Assembly: GCF_000017305.1 (NCBI RefSeq)
Contig: NC_009664.2
Span: 660,001 to 692,000 of the forward strand
Direction of reading: 5' to 3'
Source: Kineococcus radiotolerans SRS30216 = ATCC BAA-149
GTDB lineage: Bacteria > Actinomycetota > Actinomycetes > Actinomycetales > Kineococcaceae
Length of the DNA stretch: 32,000 nucleotides
Position 1 is the first letter of the stretch, and the number at the start of each line of letters is the position of its first letter. The translations under genes and the position numbers were made by a program. Below the pieces are notes generated by a model. It was not told the DNA's origin and did not search any database. It worked only from the letters and a program-made list of their open reading frames with translations. Positions 16,836 to 25,190 of the stretch are shown here, piece after piece.

Positions 16836-16853
16836 CGAACGGACATCCGGGGG

Positions 16854-18935
16854 TCAGGCGTCGATGCGGCCCCGGTCCAGCTTCTCCGCCCCGGCGATGA
16901 TGAAGTCCTTGCGCGGGGCGACGTCGTTGCCCATGAGGAGCTCGAAGACCCGGTCGGCCACCGCGCCGTCGGCCACCGTCACCCGGCGCAGGGTGCGGTG
17001 CTGGCGCTCCATGGTCGTCTCGGCCAGCTGGTCCTCGTCCATCTCCCCCAGCCCCTTGTAGCGCTGGGGCTCCCGGTAGCTGCGCCCGCGCCGGTTCAGG
17101 TCCGCGGTCACCCGGCGCAGCTCGGCGTCGGAGTACGTGTAGACGACCTCCTTGCCCTTCTTGCCCGGCTGGGTCACCTCCAGGCGGTGCAGCGGGGGGA
17201 CGGCCGCGAACACCCGGCCGGCCTCGATGAGGGGGCGCATGTAGCGGAAGAACAGCGTCAGCAGCAGCGTCCTGATGTGCGCGCCGTCGACGTCGGCGTC
17301 GGTCATCAGCACGATCTTGCCGTAGCGCACCGCGCTCAGGTCGAAGCTGCGCCCGGAGCCCCCGCCCACGACCTGGATGATCGAGGCGCACTCGGCGTTC
17401 TTCAGCATGTCCGTGACGGACGCCTTCTGGACGTTGAGGATCTTGCCGCGCAGCGGCAGCAGGGCCTGGTACTCGGAGTTGCGCGCTCCCATCGCCGTCC
17501 CCAGCGCGGAGTCGCCCTCCACGAGGAACAGCTCGGTGTTGTCCACGTCGTCGGAGCGGCAGTCCTTGAGCTTCGCCGGCAGCGAGGAGCTCTCCAGGGC
17601 GTTCTTGCGGCGCTGGGTCTCCTTGTGCAGGCGCGCGGAGATCCGTGACTTCATCTCGGCGACGACCTTGTCCAGCACGGCCGTCGCCTCCTGCTTGTCG
17701 TCGCGCTTGGGCGAGGCGAACACCGCGCCGAGCTCGTTCTCCACCACCTTGCGCACGATGGCGCGCACCGCGGCGGTCCCCAGGACCTCCTTGGTCTGGC
17801 CCTCGAACTGCGGTTCGGCCAGCCGCACGGTGACCACGGCCGTCAGCCCGGCGAGGACGTCGTCCTTCTCCAGCTTCTCGTCCCGGCCCACCTTCAGCCG
17901 CCGGGCCTGGGCGTCCACCTGCTTCTTCACCGCGGCGTGCAGCCCCTGCTCGAACCCCGACAGGTGCGACCCGCCCTTGGGGGTGGAGATGATGTTGACG
18001 AACGAGCGGACCGTCGGGTCGTAGCCGGTGCCCCAGCGCAGGGCGATGTCCACGACGCAGTCGCGGGTGACCTCCTGCGGGCTCATGTGCCCGCTGTCGT
18101 CGAGGACGGGGACGGTCTCGGTGAAGGTGTCCTCGCCCTGCAGGCGCCACACCGAGGTGACGGGGGCGTCGGGGGTGAGGAAGTCGGCGTACTCGCCGAT
18201 CCCGCCGTCGTGCTGGAAGACCTCCTCCGTCGCCTCCCCCGAGCGCTCGTCGCGCAGGACGATGCGCAGCCCCGGCACCAGGAAGGACGTCTGGCGGGCC
18301 CGGGCGACGAGGTCCTCGTAGGAGAACGCGGCCTCCTTGAGGAAGATCTGCCGGTCCGCCCAGTAGCGCACCCGGGTCCCGGTGACCCCCCGCTTGGCGC
18401 GGCCGACGACGGCGAGCCCGGTCTCGGGGGTGAAGTCGGCGTCGGGCCCCTCCCCGGCGTAGCGGCCGGGGGTGCCGCGGCGGAAGCTCGTCGCGTACGT
18501 CTTGCCCCCGCGGTCGACCTCGACGTCGAGGCGGGCGGACAGGGCGTTGACGACGCTGGCCCCCACCCCGTGCAGCCCCCCGGAGGCGGAGTAGGACCCG
18601 CCGCCGAACTTCCCGCCGGCGTGCAGGTGGGTGAAGACGACCTCCACCCCGGACAGCCCGGTGCGCTTCTCCGCGTCGACGGGGATGCCGCGGCCGTCGT
18701 CGCGCACCTCCACGGAGCCGTCGCGGCGCAGGACCACGTCGATCCGGGAGCAGTGCCCGCCCAGCGCCTCGTCGACGGAGTTGTCGATGATCTCCCACAG
18801 GCAGTGCATGAGGCCCCGGGAGTCCGTCGAGCCGATGTACATGCCCGGGCGCTTGCGGACGGCTTCGAGTCCCTCGAGGACGAGCAGGTTCGCCGCGGTG
18901 TACTTGTCGTCCGGGGTGGGGCTGGGCGGAGTCAC
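16854..18935 (-). CDS. parE: Type IIA DNA topoisomerase subunit B, most likely topoisomerase IV subunit B (ParE)
   Basis: 693 aa. Key segments are LEGLEAVRKRPGMYIGSTDSRGLMHCLWEIIDNSVDEA, GGLHGVGASVVNALS (GHKL ATPase), Toprim LFLVEGDSALGTA, and MTDADVDGAHIRTLLLTLFFR. Start is the GTG at 18935. Confidence 0.85.
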   Translation of the reverse strand: MTPPSPTPDDKYTAANLLVLEGLEAVRKRPGMYIGSTDSRGLMHCLWEIIDNSVDEALGGHCSRIDVVLRRDGSVEVRDDGRGIPVDAEKRTGLSGVEVVFTHLHAGGKFGGGSYSASGGLHGVGASVVNALSARLDVEVDRGGKTYATSFRRGTPGRYAGEGPDADFTPETGLAVVGRAKRGVTGTRVRYWADRQIFLKEAAFSYEDLVARARQTSFLVPGLRIVLRDERSGEATEEVFQHDGGIGEYADFLTPDAPVTSVWRLQGEDTFTETVPVLDDSGHMSPQEVTRDCVVDIALRWGTGYDPTVRSFVNIISTPKGGSHLSGFEQGLHAAVKKQVDAQARRLKVGRDEKLEKDDVLAGLTAVVTVRLAEPQFEGQTKEVLGTAAVRAIVRKVVENELGAVFASPKRDDKQEATAVLDKVVAEMKSRISARLHKETQRRKNALESSSLPAKLKDCRSDDVDNTELFLVEGDSALGTAMGARNSEYQALLPLRGKILNVQKASVTDMLKNAECASIIQVVGGGSGRSFDLSAVRYGKIVLMTDADVDGAHIRTLLLTLFFRYMRPLIEAGRVFAAVPPLHRLEVTQPGKKGKEVVYTYSDAELRRVTADLNRRGRSYREPQRYKGLGEMDEDQLAETTMERQHRTLRRVTVADGAVADRVFELLMGNDVAPRKDFIIAGAEKLDRGRIDA

Positions 18936-18941
18936 CCCGGA

Positions 18942-18947
18942 AGCGTA
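18942..18947 (-). promoter_or_regulatory. Candidate -10 box TACGCT, 6 nt upstream of the parE GTG (leaderless-type)
   Basis: The minus strand reads TACGCT-tccggg-GTG(18935). It matches TANNNT. No SD. Confidence 0.45.
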
Positions 18948-18958
18948 CGGGCGTTCGA

Positions 18959-19000
18959 GGCGCGGGCGGCGCGAGGCACGCGCCGCGCGCCGCCCGCGCC
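18959..19000. promoter_or_regulatory. Perfect 15-bp GC-only inverted repeat in the parE / small-Zn-ribbon-gene divergent intergenic region
   Basis: GGCGCGGGCGGCGCG (18959-18973), a 12-nt loop aggcacgcgccg, then CGCGCCGCCCGCGCC (18986-19000). No gene ends here, so it is not a terminator. The left arm covers the expected -35 position of the candidate parE promoter. Confidence 0.35.
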
Positions 19001-19154
19001 GCCCCGGCCGGTGTGACGGACGACACCTCAGCTACGAGCGAACGCGTTGCTCCGTCGGCGTGGGAACGCGCGCGGCCCGGCGGAGGTTGGGGAAGAGTGT
19101 CCGGTGGGAGCAGCAGCTGCCCGCCAGCGTGCACGACCCGGAAGGAGTCGCGGA

Positions 19155-19397
19155 GTGACCACCGCTACCAGCACCACCCTCAGCAACGACCACATGACTG
19201 CCTCGGACCGGTGCGACCGGTGCGGTGCCCAGGCCTACGTGCGCGTCGTGCTCAACGCCGGTGGTGAGCTCCTCTTCTGCGCTCACCACGGCCGCGAGCA
19301 CCGCGACGCGCTGCGTCGGGCCGGTGCCGACATCCACGACGAGTCGCAGAAGCTGGCGGCGACGACGTCGGCGTCCGCGGCTCCCGACGAGCGCTGA
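19155..19397 (+). CDS. Small conserved actinobacterial protein with a CxxC-x18-CxHH zinc-ribbon-like motif (I believe the DUF7455 type)
   Basis: 80 aa from GTG 19155, which is preceded by a strong SD GAAGGAG (19141-19147, 7-nt spacer). The sequence is VTTATSTTLSNDHMTASDRCDRCGAQAYVRVVLNAGGELLFCAHHGREHRDALRRAGADIHDES... . The upstream part of track ORF 19047..19397 is dropped. Confidence 0.7.
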   Translation: MTTATSTTLSNDHMTASDRCDRCGAQAYVRVVLNAGGELLFCAHHGREHRDALRRAGADIHDESQKLAATTSASAAPDER

Positions 19398-19435
19398 TCC
19401 GCTGAACGTCCCCGGCCCCCGAGCCCGGCGCCACC

Positions 19436-19927
19436 GTGGGTGACGCCGGGCTCGTCGCTGTCGCCGCCGCGATCGCGGTCGGTCTCCTGGGCATCGTCGT
19501 GCCCGTCCTGCCCGGCACCGTCCTCGTCGCCGTCGCCGCCCTCGTCTGGGCCGTCGTCGAGGGCGGTCAGGCCTGGCTGTTCTTCGCCGGCACCGCGGTC
19601 CTCCTCGCCGCCGGCCAGGTCGCCATGTACCTGCTGCCCGGCCGCCGCATGACCCGGGCCGGCGTCCGCGGGTCCACCCTCGCGCTCGGCGGCCTCCTCG
19701 GGATCGTCGGCTTCTTCGCGATCCCGGTCGTCGGGCTCCCCCTCGGCTTCGTCCTGGGGGTCTTCCTCACCGAGCTCGTCCGGACCACGGGCGCCGACCG
19801 CGCCCGCCGCGCCTGGTCCGCGACGGTCACCGCCCTCAAGGGCGTCGGCCTGAGCGTGGCCATCGAGGCCACCGCCGCGCTGCTGGCCACCGGGGTCTGG
19901 GTCGTCGGGGCGCTCACCCTGCGCTGA
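19436..19927 (+). CDS. DUF456 domain-containing membrane protein
   Basis: 163 aa with four hydrophobic helices. The segment GLLGIVVPVLPGTVLVAVAALVWAV and the central LPGRRM...GS basic loop are typical of DUF456. GTG start. Confidence 0.7.
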   Translation: MGDAGLVAVAAAIAVGLLGIVVPVLPGTVLVAVAALVWAVVEGGQAWLFFAGTAVLLAAGQVAMYLLPGRRMTRAGVRGSTLALGGLLGIVGFFAIPVVGLPLGFVLGVFLTELVRTTGADRARRAWSATVTALKGVGLSVAIEATAALLATGVWVVGALTLR

Positions 19928-19973
19928 CGGCCCCCCCGCCGCACCACCCGCCCCCCGGCCGGGGAACCGGCCC

Positions 19974-20024
19974 ACGACGACGAACGGCCCGGTGAGGGAT
20001 CCTCACCGGGCCGTTCGTCGTCGT
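19974..20024. terminator. Bidirectional terminator between the convergent DUF456 gene and hrdB
   Basis: Perfect 24-bp arms ACGACGACGAACGGCCCGGTGAGG (19974-19997) and CCTCACCGGGCCGTTCGTCGTCGT (20001-20024) with loop GAT. It ends 7 nt from the hrdB stop. Confidence 0.8.
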
Positions 20025-20030
20025 GGCTGA

Positions 20031-21539
<1,509 letters not shown>

Positions 21540-21736
21540 GGACTGCCTTTCGTCGTGGGCGGAACTGGGCTGCGCGGGCAGCAGTCGACAACGTCAACAA
21601 GGCGGGCACCGCGGATATGCCCACTGAGGACGACAAACGCCAAGTGTGGCACGAACACCCCGGATCGTGCGCACGACACCGCTCGAACGGAGCTCGTGGC
21701 GCACGCTGAGGCCCCGGGCGGGACCCCCGTGGGGAC

Positions 21737-22138
21737 TCAGTCCTCGGGCTTGACCGCCAGCACCGGGCAGGGCGCGTCGAGCAGGATCCGCTGGGCGCTG
21801 GCGCCCAGGATGAGCTTGCCCACCGGGGTCCGGCGGCGCAGGCCGATGACGATGAGGGACGCCCCGGTCTCCTCGGCGGCGAGGATCAGGTCGTCGGCGG
21901 GGTCCTCGGAGTCGGGGACCTCGCGCAGCTCGTGCCCGAGACCGGCCGCGGTGAGCTCCGCGCGCACCGACTCGTGGACCTCGGCGAGGCGCTCGGCCTC
22001 GGCGGCGTCGACCTCCCGCCCCGGCCGCCGGCTGTGCACGACCACCAGCGGGACCGCGTAGTGCACCGCCGCCTCCCCGGCGCGCCCCAGGGCAGCGCGG
22101 CCCTCCGGGTTGGCCACGTACCCGACGACGATCCCCAT
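21737..22138 (-). CDS. Universal stress protein (UspA family), single domain
   Basis: 133 aa. Key segments are MGIVVGYVANPEGRAAL...VPLVVVH...ADDLILAAEETGASLIVIGLRRRTPVGKLILGASAQRILLDAPCPVLAVK. The ATG is preceded by GGAGG with a 7-nt spacer. Confidence 0.8.
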   Translation of the reverse strand: MGIVVGYVANPEGRAALGRAGEAAVHYAVPLVVVHSRRPGREVDAAEAERLAEVHESVRAELTAAGLGHELREVPDSEDPADDLILAAEETGASLIVIGLRRRTPVGKLILGASAQRILLDAPCPVLAVKPED

Positions 22139-22187
22139 GCCGCACCCTCCACACGCCGTTCACGGACGGCGTGACCGTACTACGCGT

Positions 22188-22550
22188 TCACCCCCGCCGC
22201 GGTCGGCGACCCCCGGCCCGGTCCCCGGCGCGCCAGGCGGCGTAGTCCTCGGTGGCGCTCAGCAGCGAGCCCGCGACCCACGCCGCGACGACGCCGTCGT
22301 CGAGCAGGCCCACCAGGGGCAGCCACGCCTCCGGCAGCGCGTCGACGGGCGAGACCAGGTAGGCCAGGCCCGCGGCGGCCCACGTCAGCCGGGACCGCCC
22401 GGGGCCGGTGTAGCGGCCGTGGACGCTGTCGCCGACCATCGCCGGCAGCGAGGCCACCCGGGCCCCGACGCCGGGGGTGCCGGGGCGGGTGCCCGAGCGC
22501 AGGGTGCGCCACAGGACGGGCAGGGCACCCGGGCGCGGGGCGCCGCGCAC
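22188..22550 (-). CDS. DUF1232 (YkvA-like) domain-containing membrane protein
   Basis: 120 aa. AYLVSPVDALPEAWLPLVGLLDDGVVAAWV matches the Y..SP.D.IP...P..G..DD signature. The GTG start is 2 nt after the EcsC stop (TGAccGTG). Confidence 0.65.
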   Translation of the reverse strand: MRGAPRPGALPVLWRTLRSGTRPGTPGVGARVASLPAMVGDSVHGRYTGPGRSRLTWAAAGLAYLVSPVDALPEAWLPLVGLLDDGVVAAWVAGSLLSATEDYAAWRAGDRAGGRRPRRG

Positions 22551-22552
22551 GG

Positions 22553-23221
22553 TCAGCCCCGCGCGGTGGGGGGCAGGGCGTCCTGGGCGGCCGCGGCGAT
22601 GCGCCGGAACATCACGGCGTCGACGGCCCCGCCGACGGCCCCGCCCACGACGGGCAGGGCGCGGGTGGGCACCCGGACCAGGGTGGTGGTCCCGAAGCGG
22701 GTGAGCAGGCGGAAGCCGACGCCCTTGTTGAGCAGCATCAGCGCCGGGCGCGGGACGCGCGACGTCGCGAGCCGGGTCAGGCGGTTCCCCGTGGGCAGGC
22801 CCACGGACTTCAGCACGTCGGTGGCGTCGGCGCCCACCAGCGTCAGCAGCACGGTCGAGCGGACCTCGGGGCGGGAGGTGTCGTAGCCGCGCAGCTCCGC
22901 GATCGCCGCGACCGCGCGCACGGCGAGGACGTGGAAGCCGAAGACGTTCGCGGGCAGGGCGACGGGCATGGTGAGCAGGCCCCCGAGCCCGGTGACGAAG
23001 CCGTTGCCGGCCACCAGCCGGGTGTGCTGGCGCACGACGGCGCTCACGGCCGCCTCGGTGTCGGGGTGGCGCTGCCGCGCGGCCCGGGCGACCTCGGCGG
23101 CGCTGTCGAAGGGGCCCCGGCCGTCGATGCCGACGGCCAGCAGCCGCTGGACGAGGTCGGCGGCGCGCCCCTCGACCCCTCCGGGAGCGGGGGCGGCGGT
23201 CTCCTGCACGTCGTTGGTCAC
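22553..23221 (-). CDS. EcsC family protein
   Basis: 222 aa. The N-terminal helix is LVQRLLAVGIDGRGPFDSAAEVA. It is followed by NGFVTGLGGLLTMPVALPANVFGFHVLAVRAVAAIAELRGYD...VGGAVGGAVDAVMFRRIAAAA, which is an EcsC-like glycine-rich amphipathic pattern. Assignment is from memory of the family. Confidence 0.6.
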   Translation of the reverse strand: MTNDVQETAAPAPGGVEGRAADLVQRLLAVGIDGRGPFDSAAEVARAARQRHPDTEAAVSAVVRQHTRLVAGNGFVTGLGGLLTMPVALPANVFGFHVLAVRAVAAIAELRGYDTSRPEVRSTVLLTLVGADATDVLKSVGLPTGNRLTRLATSRVPRPALMLLNKGVGFRLLTRFGTTTLVRVPTRALPVVGGAVGGAVDAVMFRRIAAAAQDALPPTARG

Positions 23222-23228
23222 GGCGACG

Positions 23229-23234
23229 ACGCTA
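23229..23234 (-). promoter_or_regulatory. Candidate -10 box TAGCGT, 7 nt upstream of the EcsC GTG (leaderless-type)
   Basis: The minus strand reads TAGCGT-cgtcgcc-GTG(23221). It matches TANNNT. No SD. Confidence 0.45.
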
Positions 23235-23254
23235 ACCGGCCCCGGGCCGCCGTG

Positions 23255-23290
23255 CGCGCCGTGGTGCGCGCCGTGGTGCGCGCCGTGGTG
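23255..23290. repeat. Three perfect tandem copies of the 12-bp unit CGCGCCGTGGTG, plus degenerate partial copies on both flanks (23247-23254 and 23291-23292)
   Basis: Read directly: ccgccgtg CGCGCCGTGGTG CGCGCCGTGGTG CGCGCCGTGGTG cg. It is intergenic, between the stop of the small membrane-protein gene (23309) and the EcsC start (23221). Confidence 0.9.
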
Positions 23291-23308
23291 CGGGGCGCGC
23301 GGGCGGGG

Positions 23309-23536
23309 TCAGCGCGCGGGGTCCTGCTCGCTGAGGAAGGCCACGACCTCGGCGACGCCGTCCTCGACGTAGCGGCGGCGCGCCCACGCCCGCGGCAGGC
23401 GCTGACCGGCGCCGACGGGGGGACGGTCCAGCTGCGGCAGGAGCGAGACGTCGGCGCTGCGGCGACGGGCGCGGCGGTCGAGCACGAAGGGGACGACGAA
23501 CACGGCGAGGAGGCAGATCTCCAGGAAGGTGGCCAT
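23309..23536 (-). CDS. Small (75 aa) hypothetical membrane protein with one N-terminal TM helix and a basic C-terminal tail
   Basis: The sequence is MATFLEICLLAVFVVPFVLDRRARRRSADVSLLPQLDRPPVGAGQRLPRAWARRRYVEDGVAEVVAFLSEQDPAR. 72 of 75 codons end in G/C, which is coding-like for this genome. A GAGG lies 8 nt upstream of the ATG. It fills an otherwise unexplained 313-bp gap. No family is recognised. The longer track ORF (to 23719) would overlap the divergent gene. Confidence 0.5.
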   Translation of the reverse strand: MATFLEICLLAVFVVPFVLDRRARRRSADVSLLPQLDRPPVGAGQRLPRAWARRRYVEDGVAEVVAFLSEQDPAR

Positions 23537-24467
23537 GACCAGTACCTCGGCAGACCGGCCGGAGAACTTCACCTGGTTGGATCGGGGCGTGCCCTCCCCC
23601 CGTCCCGCCCGTCGCGCCCGAGGTCCCCGGCCCGAGGAGGGGGAGGCCCCGATCACGACGGGGACGGCGCGCCTGGAGCAGGACCGCGACGACCCCGACG
23701 GCTGGACGGTGCACGTCAACGGCGTCCCCAGCTCCTACGTGGACCTCGGCGACCCCACCCGGCTGGTCTTCGAGTACCAGCAGTGGACGGCCGCGGTGAT
23801 CGACGCGGTCCACCCCCCCGGGCCGCTGCGGGCGGTGCACCTGGGCGGGGCGGGGTGCGCCTTCCCCCGCTACCTGGCCGCGACCCGCCCGGACTCCCGC
23901 CAGCTCGTGCTCGAGGTGGACGAGCAGCTCGTGGACCTGGTGCGGCGCAGCTTCGGGGCCAGCGGCGCGGCGGGCTTCAAGCTCAAGGTCGCCGACGCCC
24001 GCGAGGGGTTGCGCGCGGTCCCCGACGCCACCCAGGACGCGGTGGTCCGCGACGCCTTCAGCGGCGACCGGGTCCCGGACCACCTGGTGACCGCGGAGTT
24101 CCTGCGCGACGTCGACCGGGTGCTCGCCCCCGGCGGGGTGTGGATCGCCAACCTGGCCGACCGCCCGCCCATGCCGCACTCGCGGGCCGAGCTCGCCACG
24201 GCCGCGTCGGTCTTCGCGCACGTCGCGCTGATGGCCGAGCCGGGGGTCTTCCGGGGGCGGCGCTACGGCAACGCGCTGCTGGTCGCCTCGCAGGCCCCGC
24301 TGCCCGAGCAGGCGCTGTTGCGGGCCCTCTCGGGCGGGGTGGCGCCGGCGCGGCTGGTCGCCGGTCGCGACGCACGGCACTTCTGCGCGGGAGCGGGCGT
24401 TGTGAGCGACGACGACGTCCACGCCGCGACCCGGCCGCCGAGCTCCCCGGAGGAACCCGACGCATGA
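23535..24467 (+). CDS. Spermidine-synthase-like SAM-dependent methyltransferase-fold protein
   Basis: Key segments are ARLEQDRDDPDGWTVHVNGVPSSYVDLGDPTRLVFEYQQW...AVHLGGAGCAFPRYL...QLVLEVDEQLVDLVRRSF...VVRDAFSGDRVPDHLVTAEFLRDVDRVLAPGGVWIANL. The ATG at 23535 is preceded by AGGAAGG with a 5-nt spacer. The GTG at 23529 is an alternative. Confidence 0.7.
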   Translation: MTSTSADRPENFTWLDRGVPSPRPARRARGPRPEEGEAPITTGTARLEQDRDDPDGWTVHVNGVPSSYVDLGDPTRLVFEYQQWTAAVIDAVHPPGPLRAVHLGGAGCAFPRYLAATRPDSRQLVLEVDEQLVDLVRRSFGASGAAGFKLKVADAREGLRAVPDATQDAVVRDAFSGDRVPDHLVTAEFLRDVDRVLAPGGVWIANLADRPPMPHSRAELATAASVFAHVALMAEPGVFRGRRYGNALLVASQAPLPEQALLRALSGGVAPARLVAGRDARHFCAGAGVVSDDDVHAATRPPSSPEEPDA

Positions 24468-25150
24468 GCACCACCCTGAGCCCGACCGCTCTCGCCGCGA
24501 CGACGAGCGGGGGCTCGACCGGTCAGACCGGAGGGCTCACCGGGTTCGTCCTCGACACCGTCGACGCCCTGGGGGCGCCCGGGGTGGGGTTGATGAGCTT
24601 CCTGGAGGTCGTCTTCCCGCCCATCCCCAGCGAGGTCGTCCTGCCGCTGGCGGGGTACCAGGTGCAGCAGGGGCGCATCGACCTCGTCGCGGTCGTGCTG
24701 TTCTCGATCGCCGGGGCCTTCCTGGGCTCCCTGCTCCTGTACTGGGTGGGCAAGGTCATCGGGCTGGACCGCGCCGCCCGCATCGCCGACCGGATCCCGC
24801 TGATGGACGCCTCCGACGTCACGAAGTCCGCGGAGTGGTTCCACCGCCACGAGGGGGCGGCGGTGTTCACGGGCCGGTTCGTGCCGGGGGTGCGCAGCCT
24901 GATCTCGCTGCCGGCGGGGGCGGCCCGGATGCGCCTGCTGAAGTTCTCGGTCCTGACCGTCCTGGGCAGCGGGCTGTGGAACGGCCTGCTCATCGCGCTG
25001 GGCCTGGCGCTGGGCACGCAGTACGAGCTGGTCGAGGAGTACGGTCACTACCTCGACTACGTCTTCTACGCCGCGATCGCGGCCGTGCTGGCGTGGGCCG
25101 TGGCCCGCCGCGTGCGCAGCCGGCGCCGCGAGGGCGCCGGCACCCGCTGA
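24464..25150 (+). CDS. DedA family membrane protein
   Basis: This is the C-terminal 228 aa of track ORF 22931..25150. Key segments are GLMSFLEVVFPPIPSEVVLPLAGY...FTGRFVPGVRSLISLPAGAARM. Its ATG overlaps the upstream stop as ATGA. Confidence 0.85.
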   Translation: MSTTLSPTALAATTSGGSTGQTGGLTGFVLDTVDALGAPGVGLMSFLEVVFPPIPSEVVLPLAGYQVQQGRIDLVAVVLFSIAGAFLGSLLLYWVGKVIGLDRAARIADRIPLMDASDVTKSAEWFHRHEGAAVFTGRFVPGVRSLISLPAGAARMRLLKFSVLTVLGSGLWNGLLIALGLALGTQYELVEEYGHYLDYVFYAAIAAVLAWAVARRVRSRRREGAGTR

Positions 25151-25156
25151 CCCGGG

Positions 25157-25178
25157 CGGTGGTCCCGCGGGACCACCG
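25157..25178. terminator. Bidirectional hairpin terminator between the convergent DedA and gnd genes
   Basis: Perfect 22-nt palindrome CGGTGGTCCCG|CGGGACCACCG. It can be extended to 25153-25182 with one G-T pair. Confidence 0.7.
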
Positions 25179-25190
25179 TCCGGGCCCGGC

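Noticed and set aside
21540-21736. hrdB promoter, structured 5' leader or riboswitch in the 197-bp upstream region
   Set aside because: I found only weak hexamers (TTGGCG-N18-CATATC; TTGACG with no -10), a degenerate direct repeat TTGTTGAC/TTGTCGAC, and a 7-bp CGTGCGC/GCGCACG inverted repeat. None is convincing without TSS data or covariation analysis.
23255-23290. Possibility that the 12-bp tandem repeat is a CRISPR array or a coding repeat
   Set aside because: The units are contiguous with no spacers and far shorter than CRISPR repeats, and there are no cas genes. The only frames crossing it belong to artefactual read-through ORFs (it reads AVVRAVVRAVVR in one of them).
22931-25150. 739-aa ORF ending in the DedA domain. 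The read-through ORFs 26725..28728 (MFS), 28755..29759 (UdgX), 29422..31059 (PfkB), 29125..31647 (AKR) and 14558..15262 (IIA) are analogous.
   Set aside because: Only the C-terminal portions resemble real proteins. The N-terminal portions overlap neighbouring bona fide genes and are compositionally aberrant. Internal starts show ATGA/TGATG coupling, or -10/SD signals, that give family-typical lengths.
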